This document shows positions 7,126 to 17,436 of a stretch of 64,000 nucleotides of DNA, piece after piece. Below the pieces are notes generated by a model, which saw only the letters and a program-made list of their open reading frames with translations, did not search any database and was not told the origin of the DNA. This DNA comes from a virus (taxonomy: Duplodnaviria > Caudoviricetes). The translations under genes and the position numbers were made by a program. The stretch is taken from the IMG/VR virus record IMGVR_UViG_3300028381_000129, positions 2,821 to 66,820 of that record; one strand, written 5' to 3'. Positions within the stretch are counted from its first letter, which is position 1. Every line of letters begins with the position of its first letter.

Positions 7126-9495
7126 ATGCAGGTCAGCCATACCAGCGATTTCATCACCCATGCTTCCATCGGTGCTGGCAAGGTCAGCTCGTTCAAGATC
7201 GCTCAGTCGGCCGAGTTCTTCCAGGTGCTCGCCAACACCCTCTATTCGCAGAAGGAGCTGGCCACCGTCCGGGAGGTCCTGTGCAATGCCTGGGATGCCC
7301 ACATTGCCGCTGAGCGAACCGATACCGCTGTCGAGATCACCCTCACCGACGACGAGGTGATCTTCCGGGATTTCGGCACCGGCATCGCTCCTGAGCGGAT
7401 GGAAGAGGTCTACCTCACCCTGGGTGGTGGTTCGACCAAGACCCACGATGGCAGCCAGACCGGCGGCTTCGGCCTGGGATCAGCTGCCCCCTTCGCATTC
7501 GTCGATCACTTCGAGGTGACCTCCTGCTTCGAGGGAACCAAGACGATCTACAACCTCTCGCTGAGCTCGCCCGAGAACGACGGCAAGCCGGCAGCCATCA
7601 CCATCCTCAGCCTCCCCACCACCGAGACCGGACTCCAGGTGAAGATCGGCCTGAGGGGTGCAGCAGACCACATCAAGTTCGCTAACCTGATCAAGCAGAT
7701 CACCTATTTCGGCCAGATGAAAGTCAAGCTGAACGGCGAAGACCTGCCGACCCTGGCACCTGACGCCTTCGAGAACGGCTTTGTGGTGGATACCAGCCAA
7801 ACTGCCGGCTTCGGACTGTATGTTCGCTACGGCAGTGTCATCTACCCGATCGAGCGTCACGAAGAATACCGAGACAACTTTCGCTGGCTCCGGGATTTTG
7901 TCGAGATGTGCTTCGGCAATGGTATCTGGGGTAACAGCACAGTCGTCCTTCAGGCTCCAGCACATCTGATCTCGGTCACTCCAAGCCGGGAATCGCTGTC
8001 GATGACCGACCGGACCATCTCGACCATCAAGCAAATGTTGGCTGATGTCCGAGGTAAGCTGGAAAAACGGGCTGAGACTCGGGTCAATGAGCTGCTCAAG
8101 GAATCGATCGACCACATCTGGCGTCAGGCCGACTTCAGGAAACTTTTCAACTTCTATCCCATCTTTCCTGATGACCTGCGGGCAGACAGGGAGACGGCCT
8201 ACTCTGACCCCCAACGTCTCGCTGATCGCCATGCGCAACGATATTTCCGTGACAGCAGTGAGATGGGGAAGCGTTACCAGAAGATGTGCCTGGATGCCTT
8301 GATCCAGGCAGGCTTCGACAAGACCGGGCTGGTCCGAAAATTCCGCAAGGTTGCGTGGAAGAACCTCAATAGCTGGGAGCGAGCCAACTGGTTCAACCAG
8401 ACCACCATTCAACCTCTGATCAAGGGTTTGATCCGGACATCATTGCTGAGCCCTGATCGGCTGATGGTTGCAACCACAGGTTACCAAGGAGTCAACTTTA
8501 CCAAACCCCTGAAAGTAAAGATGTGGGATTTTGGTGATACATTCCGAATGCTGCGGGGATGTGTGATCCTGTCCTATAGCAAGTTTGCGGTGGAACGGGC
8601 ACGCCATTATCCGGATATGAAGTTCTTTTACGGAGATCATGACGGTACACTGGTCTACATCGCTCAACGCAAAACTGGTCATCTTGAGGCAGCCAGGGAG
8701 TTCTTCACCAAGCGTGGCTTCACCGTCATCGATGCCACACAGATGCTGCCGGGTGAGAAGCCGGTGGTCAAGGAACCAGCCAAACCGAAGCTGAAGGTCG
8801 CTGACAACCTGGCTGTGTCGGCAGTTCTTCAGGACCGTAAGATCGAGTTTTGTAATCTCGAAGAGCGGGCCAAAACCGAACAGCTTCCGCTGGTTGAAAA
8901 GCCAGAGTTCTGGGTCATGGCCAGCACCCTCTCCAAGGAAGGTCTGTGGCACCCCGCAGCCATAAAGATCGTCAAGCTCTACGGTGACAGGGGCATCCTG
9001 GTTCGCTCTCCGAGCCAGAAAGAACGCCAGATCAAGCAGGGGATTCCTCAGCTTGACCAATGGCTTCTGGCCCAACTGGAGAAGGAGTACCGGGCTAGTC
9101 CTGCGCTGCGTCGGACCATCGCCAATGATTATCATCGAGATGATCTGGGGACTGATCACCGATTCCTGTGGCGGGCTCACTATATCGTCAGGCACCTCGA
9201 AGAGAACTTGGGCCTGTCTGTCGAACTGAGTGATCGAGAGCAGCGTATCAAGTATGTGTTCGAGGATGTTCGGCGATCACGCCTTGTAGGCAAGCCAGAA
9301 TATGAGAGCTTGATGAAATATATCGGCTCCATCAAGCCCAGTGCCGCGCTCAAGAAGCTCTGTGTCATGCTCAAGAGCCCGATGCTGAACTGCATCGATA
9401 TAACCAATTTTGATTTCTACCTCACCCAAAAGACAGAAAAACCGGAAGTTGCAGATGCTGCGCGTCGGTTGATCCTGTTTGCCTTGAAAGGCTGA
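7126..9495 (+). CDS. rIIA: rIIA-like protein (N-terminal GHKL/HSP90-type ATPase)
   Basis: LYSQKELATVREVLCNAWDAH, RDFGTGI, GGFGLGS; start corrected to ATG 7126; adjacent to rIIB as in N4-like phages. Confidence 0.9.
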   Translation: MQVSHTSDFITHASIGAGKVSSFKIAQSAEFFQVLANTLYSQKELATVREVLCNAWDAHIAAERTDTAVEITLTDDEVIFRDFGTGIAPERMEEVYLTLGGGSTKTHDGSQTGGFGLGSAAPFAFVDHFEVTSCFEGTKTIYNLSLSSPENDGKPAAITILSLPTTETGLQVKIGLRGAADHIKFANLIKQITYFGQMKVKLNGEDLPTLAPDAFENGFVVDTSQTAGFGLYVRYGSVIYPIERHEEYRDNFRWLRDFVEMCFGNGIWGNSTVVLQAPAHLISVTPSRESLSMTDRTISTIKQMLADVRGKLEKRAETRVNELLKESIDHIWRQADFRKLFNFYPIFPDDLRADRETAYSDPQRLADRHAQRYFRDSSEMGKRYQKMCLDALIQAGFDKTGLVRKFRKVAWKNLNSWERANWFNQTTIQPLIKGLIRTSLLSPDRLMVATTGYQGVNFTKPLKVKMWDFGDTFRMLRGCVILSYSKFAVERARHYPDMKFFYGDHDGTLVYIAQRKTGHLEAAREFFTKRGFTVIDATQMLPGEKPVVKEPAKPKLKVADNLAVSAVLQDRKIEFCNLEERAKTEQLPLVEKPEFWVMASTLSKEGLWHPAAIKIVKLYGDRGILVRSPSQKERQIKQGIPQLDQWLLAQLEKEYRASPALRRTIANDYHRDDLGTDHRFLWRAHYIVRHLEENLGLSVELSDREQRIKYVFEDVRRSRLVGKPEYESLMKYIGSIKPSAALKKLCVMLKSPMLNCIDITNFDFYLTQKTEKPEVADAARRLILFALKG

Positions 9496-9501
9496 ACCAT
9501 C

Positions 9502-11160
9502 ATGAAAATTCGTGTTGTCTATCTGATCATCGATACCCAGCGCCTTACCCTCTACCATGAGGACGGTGAAACCACGGTCATCCCACAGGGTGATCCCCGG
9601 GTATCGACAATCATCGAACAGGTTATGCCTCGTGTTTCGGCAGGACTGGTTGCCGAAGTCGATCTCGCCACGGACTGCCCTTACGAGCAGTTCGAGGAGA
9701 AAACCGGTGGCCTGGTCCGGTTCTTCCGGGTGGCCAAGCAGAAGCTCAAGGAGCTGTTCTCGGATCCGGTCGAGCCAATCACGCCCGGTGAGTTCGGAAC
9801 CAAGCCTGAGAGCAAGCCGCTGACCAATGAGCAGCGAGTGGCCGAGGTCATAGCTCATGCCACCCCGGTCAAAGGCAAGGTCTCCAGCCAGATGTCCTCC
9901 GAGGATACCATCGTCGCCAGTGTCGGTGGACAGATGGTGACCCAGGTCGAGAAGGTGAGGGATCACATCCAGCACGCGGTCAAGCTCGGATCGACCAAGG
10001 GCATGGAAGCCTTCTTCCGCCGCTGTGCAGCTGTCGCCGAGAACCGGGGTCACACCGTCAACGAGCTGCTCCGCTTCATGGAGAAAGGTGATCTGCCGGT
10101 GGCCGACGACGGTTCGATCATCGCCTACAAGCTGCTCTGGGCCAAGGGGGATGGTTGGTTCGTTGACCCGCATACCCGGAAGGTCCGGCAGCGGGTTGGC
10201 TCCTACGTGATGATGGACGAAAAGCTGGTCGACCCCAGCCGTCGGACCGAGTGCTCGCAGGGTCTGCACATTGCCCGGCGGGACTATCTCCGTGGCTTCG
10301 ACGGAGACTCCTGCTTCCTGGTCAAGCTGGCTCCGGAAGATGTCATCGCCGTGCCGAGGAACGAGCCCTCCAAGATCCGGGCCTGTGGTTATCACATCGT
10401 CGCCCAGCTGCCGGAACACCTGAAGAACCGGGTCAAGTCTGGTCAGCCGATGAGCACCGAACCGGAAGCCCGTGAGCTGCTGGCCAAGGTCATTACCGGC
10501 AATCATGTCGGTCGGATCGAAGAGGTCCGGATCACCGGTGGCATGGGTGAGGGGGTGAAGATCCGTTCACTCGCAACCACCAAGCTGATCAACGAGCAGC
10601 CGGTGCTGGAGACCGAGATCGCCCAGGCTGTGGCGATCGATGATCCGGAAGTCGCCGACAAGCCAACCGAACACATCAATCCCAAGTCCCTGGTTCAGGT
10701 CGAGGAAACGCCTGTGAACCAGGAAAAGGAGGAGCCTGTGCTCTCGCCCTACAAGAACCCGTCCCGCAAGGACAAAGGCCTTCAGCTCGTGGCAGTGCTG
10801 ATGGATCTCCAGACGCCCCTTATCAATCGCAAGGCGGCAGCACATCAGCTTCGCGAGTTCAAGAAGACCACCAAGGTCGGATGGGACAAGATCGGCGTCG
10901 ATGAGAAGGCGCTGACCATGATCAACATGGTGCTCAAGGACGAACCGGCACCAGTCAAAGCCTCGAAAAAGACCAAGGCTCTCTCGGCGATGATGAAGCC
11001 GAATGTTGAGGCAACTCTGGTGGTCAAGCAGCAAAGCCAACTCGAAGAGGAGGTGATGCGGCTGCATCGTCTGGGGACCATGAGCAAGCGGGCAATCGGC
11101 CGTGAACTCCAGGTCAGTGACCGGACGGTGGGGCGCATTATCGATCGCAACGGCGGTTAA
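9502..11160 (+). CDS. rIIB: rIIB-like protein with C-terminal HTH
   Basis: LPVADDGSIIAYK, CSQGLH, LVKLAPEDVIAVP, KIRACGY motifs; C-terminal MSKRAIGRELQVSDRTVGRII HTH. Confidence 0.9.
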   Translation: MKIRVVYLIIDTQRLTLYHEDGETTVIPQGDPRVSTIIEQVMPRVSAGLVAEVDLATDCPYEQFEEKTGGLVRFFRVAKQKLKELFSDPVEPITPGEFGTKPESKPLTNEQRVAEVIAHATPVKGKVSSQMSSEDTIVASVGGQMVTQVEKVRDHIQHAVKLGSTKGMEAFFRRCAAVAENRGHTVNELLRFMEKGDLPVADDGSIIAYKLLWAKGDGWFVDPHTRKVRQRVGSYVMMDEKLVDPSRRTECSQGLHIARRDYLRGFDGDSCFLVKLAPEDVIAVPRNEPSKIRACGYHIVAQLPEHLKNRVKSGQPMSTEPEARELLAKVITGNHVGRIEEVRITGGMGEGVKIRSLATTKLINEQPVLETEIAQAVAIDDPEVADKPTEHINPKSLVQVEETPVNQEKEEPVLSPYKNPSRKDKGLQLVAVLMDLQTPLINRKAAAHQLREFKKTTKVGWDKIGVDEKALTMINMVLKDEPAPVKASKKTKALSAMMKPNVEATLVVKQQSQLEEEVMRLHRLGTMSKRAIGRELQVSDRTVGRIIDRNGG

Positions 11161-11170
11161 CTGCAACTCG

Positions 11171-11217
11171 CTTGGACTTTCACCACACCTAAGTTAAGGT
11201 GGGTGAAAGTCTCCAAG
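11171..11217. promoter_or_regulatory. Long imperfect inverted repeat between rIIB and the next gene
   Basis: CTTGG-ACTTTCACC...ACCT / AGGT...GGTGAAAGT-CT-CCAAG. Confidence 0.55.
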
Positions 11218-11228
11218 GGGTTTGTTCA

Positions 11229-11564
11229 ATGTCAACTGTAAACCGGTCCAATCGCAAGGTCCATGATGCCGATCTTATCCGTCTTAACACGGTTGGAATC
11301 TCACTCGGCGCCATGGGAAGGCTTCTCGGCTGCGAAGCAGCCACAGTTGCCTTGCGGTTGCGTCAGCTCGGCCTGAACCCGACTGATACTCGGCGAGCGT
11401 TCATGGAGGATATCTACGATTCCATGACGCCCGACCAACGTGACTGGCTGATCGACCAGCTCGGTCCACATTCCCCGATCAAGAGCTTCATCAAGGATCT
11501 CCTGATCAACGCCTACGTCGCAGCCCAGTCCGGAGATCGCCCCGATGTCAACTTCGCCGAATAG
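11229..11564 (+). CDS. N4-like conserved hypothetical protein with HTH-like N-terminus
   Basis: ISLGAMGRLLGCEAATVALRLRQLG; position after rIIB is as expected for N4-like phages. Confidence 0.65.
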   Translation: MSTVNRSNRKVHDADLIRLNTVGISLGAMGRLLGCEAATVALRLRQLGLNPTDTRRAFMEDIYDSMTPDQRDWLIDQLGPHSPIKSFIKDLLINAYVAAQSGDRPDVNFAE

Positions 11565-12006
11565 CCTGGCCAATACCCTTGCCTGGTTCCAGGCAGCCCT
11601 GCCCAATCCGCAGGAGATCAACGTCCATACCCAGATCGGCGTTCACTTTGAGGAAGTGGGTGAGATGCTGGAATGTCTCACCGGTTTGGACGCTGAAACT
11701 ACGTTCCTGCTCCGTGATGCCTATGATCGGATGGTGGCCTTGGCCAAGCACTTGAAGGGCTCCACTGACAAGATCCTGATCCATGATTTCGATCGTGTCG
11801 ATTTCCTGGATGCCCTGTGCGATCAGATCGTTACGGCCACCGGTGTTGCCCACAACGCCAAGTTCGATCTGATCGGGGGCCTCAATGAGGTCAACAGGTC
11901 CAACTTCTCCAAGTTCGTCGATGGCCAGCCGGTGTTCGACGACAACAACAAGATCGCCAAGGGTCCAGCCTACTTCAAGGCTGACCTGACCGAGTTCGCG
12001 GCCTGA
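11545..12006 (+). CDS. MazG-like/PRA-PH NTP pyrophosphohydrolase
   Basis: HFEEVGEM, FLDALCDQIVTATG, EVNRSNFSKF, KIAKGPAYFKADL. Confidence 0.85.
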   Translation: MSTSPNSLANTLAWFQAALPNPQEINVHTQIGVHFEEVGEMLECLTGLDAETTFLLRDAYDRMVALAKHLKGSTDKILIHDFDRVDFLDALCDQIVTATGVAHNAKFDLIGGLNEVNRSNFSKFVDGQPVFDDNNKIAKGPAYFKADLTEFAA

Positions 12007-12017
12007 TCTTTTCATGT

Positions 12018-12055
12018 CGAACCAGGGAAAGGGACCACATCCTTTCCCTGGTTCG
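12018..12055. promoter_or_regulatory. Perfect 15-bp inverted repeat upstream of the helicase
   Basis: CGAACCAGGGAAAGG-GACCACAT-CCTTTCCCTGGTTCG. Confidence 0.6.
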
Positions 12056-12094
12056 GGCTGACCTTCGGCCCATCCCCCAATCGAGGAATACCAA

Positions 12095-13402
12095 GTGAGC
12101 AAACCCCTCAACGAGGGACAGGAAGCTGCTGCCGAAGCGTTTTTCCAGTTCCTGTTCCAGCCCGGCAAGGAGTTCATCATCAGCGGCCCTGGTGGTGTCG
12201 GCAAGACCTACCTAATGAGCGCTCTGATCGACGATATCATGCCCCGCTACTTCAAGACCTGTGAGCTGATGGGCATCGAGCCCGAATATCACACAGTCCA
12301 CATGACAGCGACTACCAACAAGGCAGCTGAGGTCCTGGCCCAAGGCACTGGCCGTCCTACTTCCACCGTGCATTCGTTCCTGAACCTAACAGTCAAGGAC
12401 GACTTTGCCACCGGCATGTCGAAGATCTCCAAGACCGACAACTGGATGGTTCACGAGAACATCATCCTATTCGTCGACGAGTGCTCAATGATCGACACGC
12501 CCCTGCGCAACGTGATCCTCGAAGGCACCCATAACTGCAAGATCGTCTACGTCGGTGATCACTGCCAGCTGGCTCCGATCATGGAACCGATCTCTCCGAT
12601 CTACCGTGACAATCTGCCGTTCTTCGAGCTGACCGAGCAGATGCGCAATGCCGATCAGCCGGCGCTGATGGCGGTCTGTGAGCAGCTGCGGCATACCGTC
12701 GAGACCAGCGAGTTCTACCCCATCCCCGTGGTTCCAGGTGTGATCGATCTGCTCGATGATGGGGATATGGAGGCCATGGTCGATGCCGTGTTCATGGACC
12801 CGGATCACGGTTCCCGCTTGCTGGCTTACACCAACTCCCGGGTGAACGATTATAACGATCACATCCGCAGCGTTCGCTTGCTGCCCAGCAGCTACACCAC
12901 CGGCGAGAAGCTGATCAACAACAACGCCATCCGCTTCGGCAAGATCATGCTTTCGGTCGAGCAGGAGGTGGAGATCCATAGCCTCGGTAAGATCGGCAAG
13001 GTGTCTGTCGGACCGGATGCCGAGCTCGAAGTCGTCGAGTCGGTGCTCAAGCTCCGAGGCGGTGTCCTGCTTCCCAGAGTTCCACTGCCGGTGGACCGGG
13101 AGCACTACACCAGCCTGGTCAAATATTACCAGCGCCGGAAGGACTGGGGACGGTATTTTGCCCTCAAGAACAAGTATCCTGACCTACGTCCCCGGGATTC
13201 GAGCACGGTCCATAAGGCCCAGGGTTCGACCCACGAGACCGTGTTCATCGATCTCGCCAACATCAGCACCTGTACCCATGCCGACCAGGTTGCCCGGATG
13301 CTCTATGTCGCCTTCTCACGGGCAAAGCATCGGGTGTTCCTCTACGGTAAGCTGGCCGACAAGTTCGGTGGGCTGCTGATTCCTGAGGCTGTCTGGCAGT
13401 GA
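12095..13402 (+). CDS. SF1B (Dda/RecD-like) DNA helicase
   Basis: Walker A GPGGVGKT, VDECSM, VGDHCQLAP, LTEQMRN, STVHKAQGST, MLYVAFSRA. Confidence 0.93.
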   Translation: MSKPLNEGQEAAAEAFFQFLFQPGKEFIISGPGGVGKTYLMSALIDDIMPRYFKTCELMGIEPEYHTVHMTATTNKAAEVLAQGTGRPTSTVHSFLNLTVKDDFATGMSKISKTDNWMVHENIILFVDECSMIDTPLRNVILEGTHNCKIVYVGDHCQLAPIMEPISPIYRDNLPFFELTEQMRNADQPALMAVCEQLRHTVETSEFYPIPVVPGVIDLLDDGDMEAMVDAVFMDPDHGSRLLAYTNSRVNDYNDHIRSVRLLPSSYTTGEKLINNNAIRFGKIMLSVEQEVEIHSLGKIGKVSVGPDAELEVVESVLKLRGGVLLPRVPLPVDREHYTSLVKYYQRRKDWGRYFALKNKYPDLRPRDSSTVHKAQGSTHETVFIDLANISTCTHADQVARMLYVAFSRAKHRVFLYGKLADKFGGLLIPEAVWQ

Positions 13403-13426
13403 TGTCAGCAACAGGAGCAACCTCCC

Positions 13427-13915
13427 ATGAGCAATTTGATCGAGACGCTGCTGCGCCAACCTGAGGAGCGGCGTCTGCAAGCCTATGTCGACCGTCTGGT
13501 CAAACAGAACCAGGAAGCCAGCTACTCCCTGGTGCCGGGCTTCCTCTACCAGGGACTGGCCTATCGCCACAGCTCAGCTCTCAAAGGCAAGCTGGAGTTC
13601 TCTGGCCTACACCCCTCTCTCTACGAGGCGATGGATGAGTTCCTGGTCTCGAAGGAGAACGTCGAGCGGGACATCCAAATGATCAATCAGGGGCTTAGGC
13701 CACTGATCAAATCATGCCTGACGATTCAGGATCTTCGTGATGCTTTGCCTGAGTGCATCATCACCCTGATCGGCAAGTCTGTCGACAACATGTCGGAACT
13801 TTCTCGAACCAGGGAACCGGCCTGGCCACTGGAAGCGACCGGTCGTGGGATGAACCAGTACCTCCGGGTACTGCCTCTCATCGAAACCTACTGTGCAGCG
13901 AGGTTCCTCTACTGA
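13427..13915 (+). CDS. N4-like conserved protein between helicase and DNA polymerase
   Basis: Syntenic position, GGAG SD, CLTIQDLRDALPEC segment. Confidence 0.7.
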   Translation: MSNLIETLLRQPEERRLQAYVDRLVKQNQEASYSLVPGFLYQGLAYRHSSALKGKLEFSGLHPSLYEAMDEFLVSKENVERDIQMINQGLRPLIKSCLTIQDLRDALPECIITLIGKSVDNMSELSRTREPAWPLEATGRGMNQYLRVLPLIETYCAARFLY

Positions 13916-13916
13916 C

Positions 13917-16610
13917 ATGCAATACCTGACTTTTTCCCAGCCCGAGAAGGCCTCCTATCCCGTCGTGCTGCTGGTCTCGGAGATCAGGCGGGATGAGATC
14001 AGGAAGGCCTATGTCGATCCCTATGGGGTCAACGCCGATGACCTGTTGGTAATCAAGACTCACCAGGAACCAGGAAAGAAGAAGACCCCTGCTGCCACGA
14101 TCAAGGAGTGGATCGCGCAGGAGCTGATACCAGTGCTCCAGGACATGGCCACCGAGTATCTGCTCGTCACCGACTCCGACTATTTCAAGGTGCTAACCAA
14201 GGCTTCCAAGGTCGAGGTCAACCTCGGCTATGTCATGGACTGTGCCTTCGGTCCGTGGAAGGTGATCTACGTCCCCAGCTTCCGGGCCACTTTCTATGAC
14301 CCAGAAAAGGTCACTGCCAAGATCGCCCTGGGGATGAAGGCACTCCAGGATCACCGATCCAACGGCTATCAGGATCCTGGTTGCGACATCATCCATCAGG
14401 CCGAATACCCCCGGACCTATGATGAGATCCGGGACTGGCTCGAAGCGATCCTGGCTGAGGATGTTCCAGTCACCATCGACATCGAGGCGTTCAGCCTCAA
14501 GCATCCCACGGCCGGGATCGGCACGATTACGCTCTGCTGGAACCAGCACGAGGGGATAGCCTTCCCGGTCGATTACCAAGAGATCCCTGGTGCAACCGAG
14601 GCCCCGTTCGGCCGGCAGATCCGCAATCATCCAGTCCGGGCACTGCTCAGGAGCTTCTTCGAGCGGTTAGGTTCCAAGGCGATTTACCACAGCATCGCCT
14701 ATGACGCCTATGTGCTGATTTACCAGCTGTTCATGGATCACATTCTCGACACCAAGGGGATGCTCCATGGCCTGGAGGTCATGCTGCGCAACTGGGATTG
14801 CACCAAGCTGATCTCCTACTTCGCCACCAATTCCTGCTCAGGCAACCGGCTTGGATTGAAGGACCAGGCCCAGGAGTTTGCCGGGAACTATGCGGTTGAA
14901 GAGATCAAGGACATCACCCGCATCCCGTTGCAGACCCTGCTCGAATACAACCTGGTGGATGGTCTCTCCACCTGGTTCGTCTACAACAAGCACTGGCAGA
15001 CGGTGATTGCTGACCAGCAGCAGGATATCTACGAAACACTGTTCAAGCCGGCCACCACTGACATCATCCAGATGCAGCTCACCGGCCTGCCACTCAACAT
15101 GGCCCGGGTCAAAGAGGTCAAGGCGGTTCTCCAGGCGATCGAGGACCATGCTGCCCAGACCATGCAGCAATCGCCTCTGATCAAGCATTTCGTCCGGCTG
15201 CTCCAGGATGAGCACATCGCCAAGCGCAATGCCGAGCTGAAGAAGAAGCGGATCACCCTGGCTGACGCCGAGGTGCTGGCGATCGAGTTCAATCCCAACT
15301 CGGGACCCCAGCTCCAGAGCTTGCTCTACGATATGCTCGAACTGCCGGTGATCTCCCTCACCGACAGCAAGGAGCCCTCAACCGATGGGGACACCCTATC
15401 GTCGTTGCGGAACCACACCAAGGACGCCCAGATCCTGGAGTTCCTATCGGCTCTCATCGATTACAAGGCGGTCAATAAGCTCAATACCAGCTTTATTCCT
15501 GCCTTCGAGGAAGCCACCGAGGGACCGGACGGATGGCACTATCTGTTCGGCAATTTCAACCTCGGTGGGACAGTCTCTGGTCGGTTGAGCTCATCGAAGC
15601 CCAACCTCCAGAACCTGCCGGCCAACGTGGTCATGGCCATCTCGGATCTGCTCGCCAGGCGGTTCGCTGATGTGCTTGCTGGCTGTGTCAAGGATGGCAA
15701 GCTGATCCTCGGCAAGCTGATCAAGACCTGCTTCGAGGCACCGCCGGGATGGGTATTCGCTGGACTGGATTTCAACAGCCTGGAAGACCGCATTTCGGCT
15801 CTGACGACCAAGGATCCCAACAAGATCAAGGTCTACACCGATGGCTACGATGGGCACTCCCTGAGAGCCTACTCCTACTTCGGTGATCAGATGCCCGACA
15901 TTGACCCCAACTTGGTGGCCAGCATCAACTCGATCGAGAAAAAGTACAAGCCGCTGAGGCAGGACTCGAAGGCTCCCACCTTCGCCCTGACCTACCAGGG
16001 AACCTGGTCCACCCTGGTCAAGAACTGCGGCTTCTCGGAGCAGCAGGCCAAGATGATCGAGGCCAAATACCACGAGCTCTACCAGGTCTCTGATGCCTGG
16101 GTGGCAGCCAAGCTCGATCAGGCCTGTATCGACGGCTTCGTCACCGTTGCCTTCGGTCTCAGGGTCAGGACACCTCTGCTCAAGCAGGTGATTCGTGGAA
16201 ACGGCAAGACCCCACGGGAGGCTGAGGCAGAGGGAAGGACCGCTGGCAACGCGATGGGTCAGAGTTGGTGCCTGCTCAACACCCGTGCAAGCGTGGAGTT
16301 CATGGGTAAAGTCCGAGTGAGTGAGCACAAACTCGACATTCGCCCCTGCGCACACATCCACGATGCGCAATACTTTTTGATCCGGGACGACATTGGTGCT
16401 ATCCAATATGCCAATCAACACCTGGTCAAGGCGGTTGAATGGCAGGCACACCCTGACATAGCGCACCCTGAGGTGAAGCTGGGCGGGGAATTGTCGCTCT
16501 TCCACCCCAACTGGGCATCGGAAATTACGATCCCCAATGGGGCATCAGAGGAAGAGATTTTCACCGTGATCGCCGAGCATCTGAATAAACTCCAAGCCAA
16601 GGCTGCCTGA
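13917..16610 (+). CDS. Family A DNA polymerase (N4-like) with 3'-5' exonuclease
   Basis: Exo I DIEAF; LEYNLVDGL; GTVSGRLSSSKPNLQN; motif A LDFNSLEDR; motif B RQDSKAPTFALTYQG; motif C HIHDAQY. Start corrected to ATG 13917. Confidence 0.96.
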   Translation: MQYLTFSQPEKASYPVVLLVSEIRRDEIRKAYVDPYGVNADDLLVIKTHQEPGKKKTPAATIKEWIAQELIPVLQDMATEYLLVTDSDYFKVLTKASKVEVNLGYVMDCAFGPWKVIYVPSFRATFYDPEKVTAKIALGMKALQDHRSNGYQDPGCDIIHQAEYPRTYDEIRDWLEAILAEDVPVTIDIEAFSLKHPTAGIGTITLCWNQHEGIAFPVDYQEIPGATEAPFGRQIRNHPVRALLRSFFERLGSKAIYHSIAYDAYVLIYQLFMDHILDTKGMLHGLEVMLRNWDCTKLISYFATNSCSGNRLGLKDQAQEFAGNYAVEEIKDITRIPLQTLLEYNLVDGLSTWFVYNKHWQTVIADQQQDIYETLFKPATTDIIQMQLTGLPLNMARVKEVKAVLQAIEDHAAQTMQQSPLIKHFVRLLQDEHIAKRNAELKKKRITLADAEVLAIEFNPNSGPQLQSLLYDMLELPVISLTDSKEPSTDGDTLSSLRNHTKDAQILEFLSALIDYKAVNKLNTSFIPAFEEATEGPDGWHYLFGNFNLGGTVSGRLSSSKPNLQNLPANVVMAISDLLARRFADVLAGCVKDGKLILGKLIKTCFEAPPGWVFAGLDFNSLEDRISALTTKDPNKIKVYTDGYDGHSLRAYSYFGDQMPDIDPNLVASINSIEKKYKPLRQDSKAPTFALTYQGTWSTLVKNCGFSEQQAKMIEAKYHELYQVSDAWVAAKLDQACIDGFVTVAFGLRVRTPLLKQVIRGNGKTPREAEAEGRTAGNAMGQSWCLLNTRASVEFMGKVRVSEHKLDIRPCAHIHDAQYFLIRDDIGAIQYANQHLVKAVEWQAHPDIAHPEVKLGGELSLFHPNWASEITIPNGASEEEIFTVIAEHLNKLQAKAA

Positions 16611-16623
16611 CCTTCGGGTCAGG
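16606..16623 (+). promoter_or_regulatory. cUUCGg tetraloop hairpin over the polymerase stop codon
   Basis: CCTGACC-TTCG-GGTCAGG. Confidence 0.55.
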
Positions 16624-16642
16624 AGCCACCCACCATCATCCG

Positions 16643-16661
16643 TTTTCCTGGGTCTCCCAGG
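16643..16661 (+). promoter_or_regulatory. Recurrent intergenic motif TTTTCCTGGGTCT, candidate middle (RNAPII) promoter
   Basis: Also at 20626-20638, with a variant at 63316-63328. Confidence 0.4.
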
Positions 16662-16703
16662 CTCAACCTGAAAGCACAGGCTGCTTTCGGCAAAGGAGAA
16701 ATT

Positions 16704-17006
16704 ATGGCCGTTTCACAACATTATGCGCTCGTCTCCGGCAAGGTGGTCTTCCGCCGGAACGAGAGCGAGGACATCGAAGAGCAGTACATCAACACCACCA
16801 TCGTCGGTGATCAGCCCAACATCACGGCGGTCCAGATCGCTCGGGCTCAGCAGGGTATCCAGATGCTCCTGTTCCAGCGGATTGGTGTCGATATCACCGT
16901 GCTCGACGTGTTCATCATGTCGATCAGCCAGCTGGGTCGGATGACCAATGAGAAGTTCATGGAAGGCATGGACGCTCTACAGGCTGGAGTGGCCGGCAAT
17001 GCCTGA
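16704..17006 (+). CDS. N4-like hypothetical protein, 100 aa
   Basis: AAAGGAG SD; syntenic position after the polymerase. Confidence 0.75.
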   Translation: MAVSQHYALVSGKVVFRRNESEDIEEQYINTTIVGDQPNITAVQIARAQQGIQMLLFQRIGVDITVLDVFIMSISQLGRMTNEKFMEGMDALQAGVAGNA

Positions 17007-17436
17007 CGCCCAGATCACTGGTGGTCGGGTGAACTACTACCTGGTGCGGGTGGAGCATCCTCAGCGTGAGGATCAGGCACCCTACCAGGCCGAGTGCGAG
17101 GACATCATTGAAGCCCTCTCGCTCAACCCCGATGAGGCCAACATCTTCAAGGAGATCTGGCGCTCAGCCGCTGCCCGGCAGCACAACGGCAAGCCGGGCC
17201 ACACCGCTCTCTATGGCGCCGAGAAGATCGTCCACTACGCCGGACGGATCCTGCGCCGTGTTCGGAGACAATCCGATGCAAAATCAATCACCGAGCGCGA
17301 AGTCATCGCATCGCTCGGAGGGTCATTTCGACCCTCATCCCAACCAACTGGAGCTACCAATACCGCTCCCGAAGATGCCAGCTCCTGGCTCTCAGGAACC
17401 GAAGCGGTAGATCTCGGAGACCTGCGATGCACGTGA
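16999..17436 (+). CDS. N4-like conserved protein (DUF3310-like nucleotide-hydrolase fold possible)
   Basis: GGRVNYY...ECEDIIEAL...EANIFKEIWR...EKIVHYA; GGAG SD before ATG 16999. Confidence 0.6.
   Translation: MPDAQITGGRVNYYLVRVEHPQREDQAPYQAECEDIIEALSLNPDEANIFKEIWRSAAARQHNGKPGHTALYGAEKIVHYAGRILRRVRRQSDAKSITEREVIASLGGSFRPSSQPTGATNTAPEDASSWLSGTEAVDLGDLRCT

Noticed and set aside
13893-14330. Uracil-DNA-glycosylase-like N-terminal domain on the DNA polymerase
   Set aside because: Plausible by size and analogy to SPO1-type polymerases, but I could not identify diagnostic motifs by eye; it needs HHpred.
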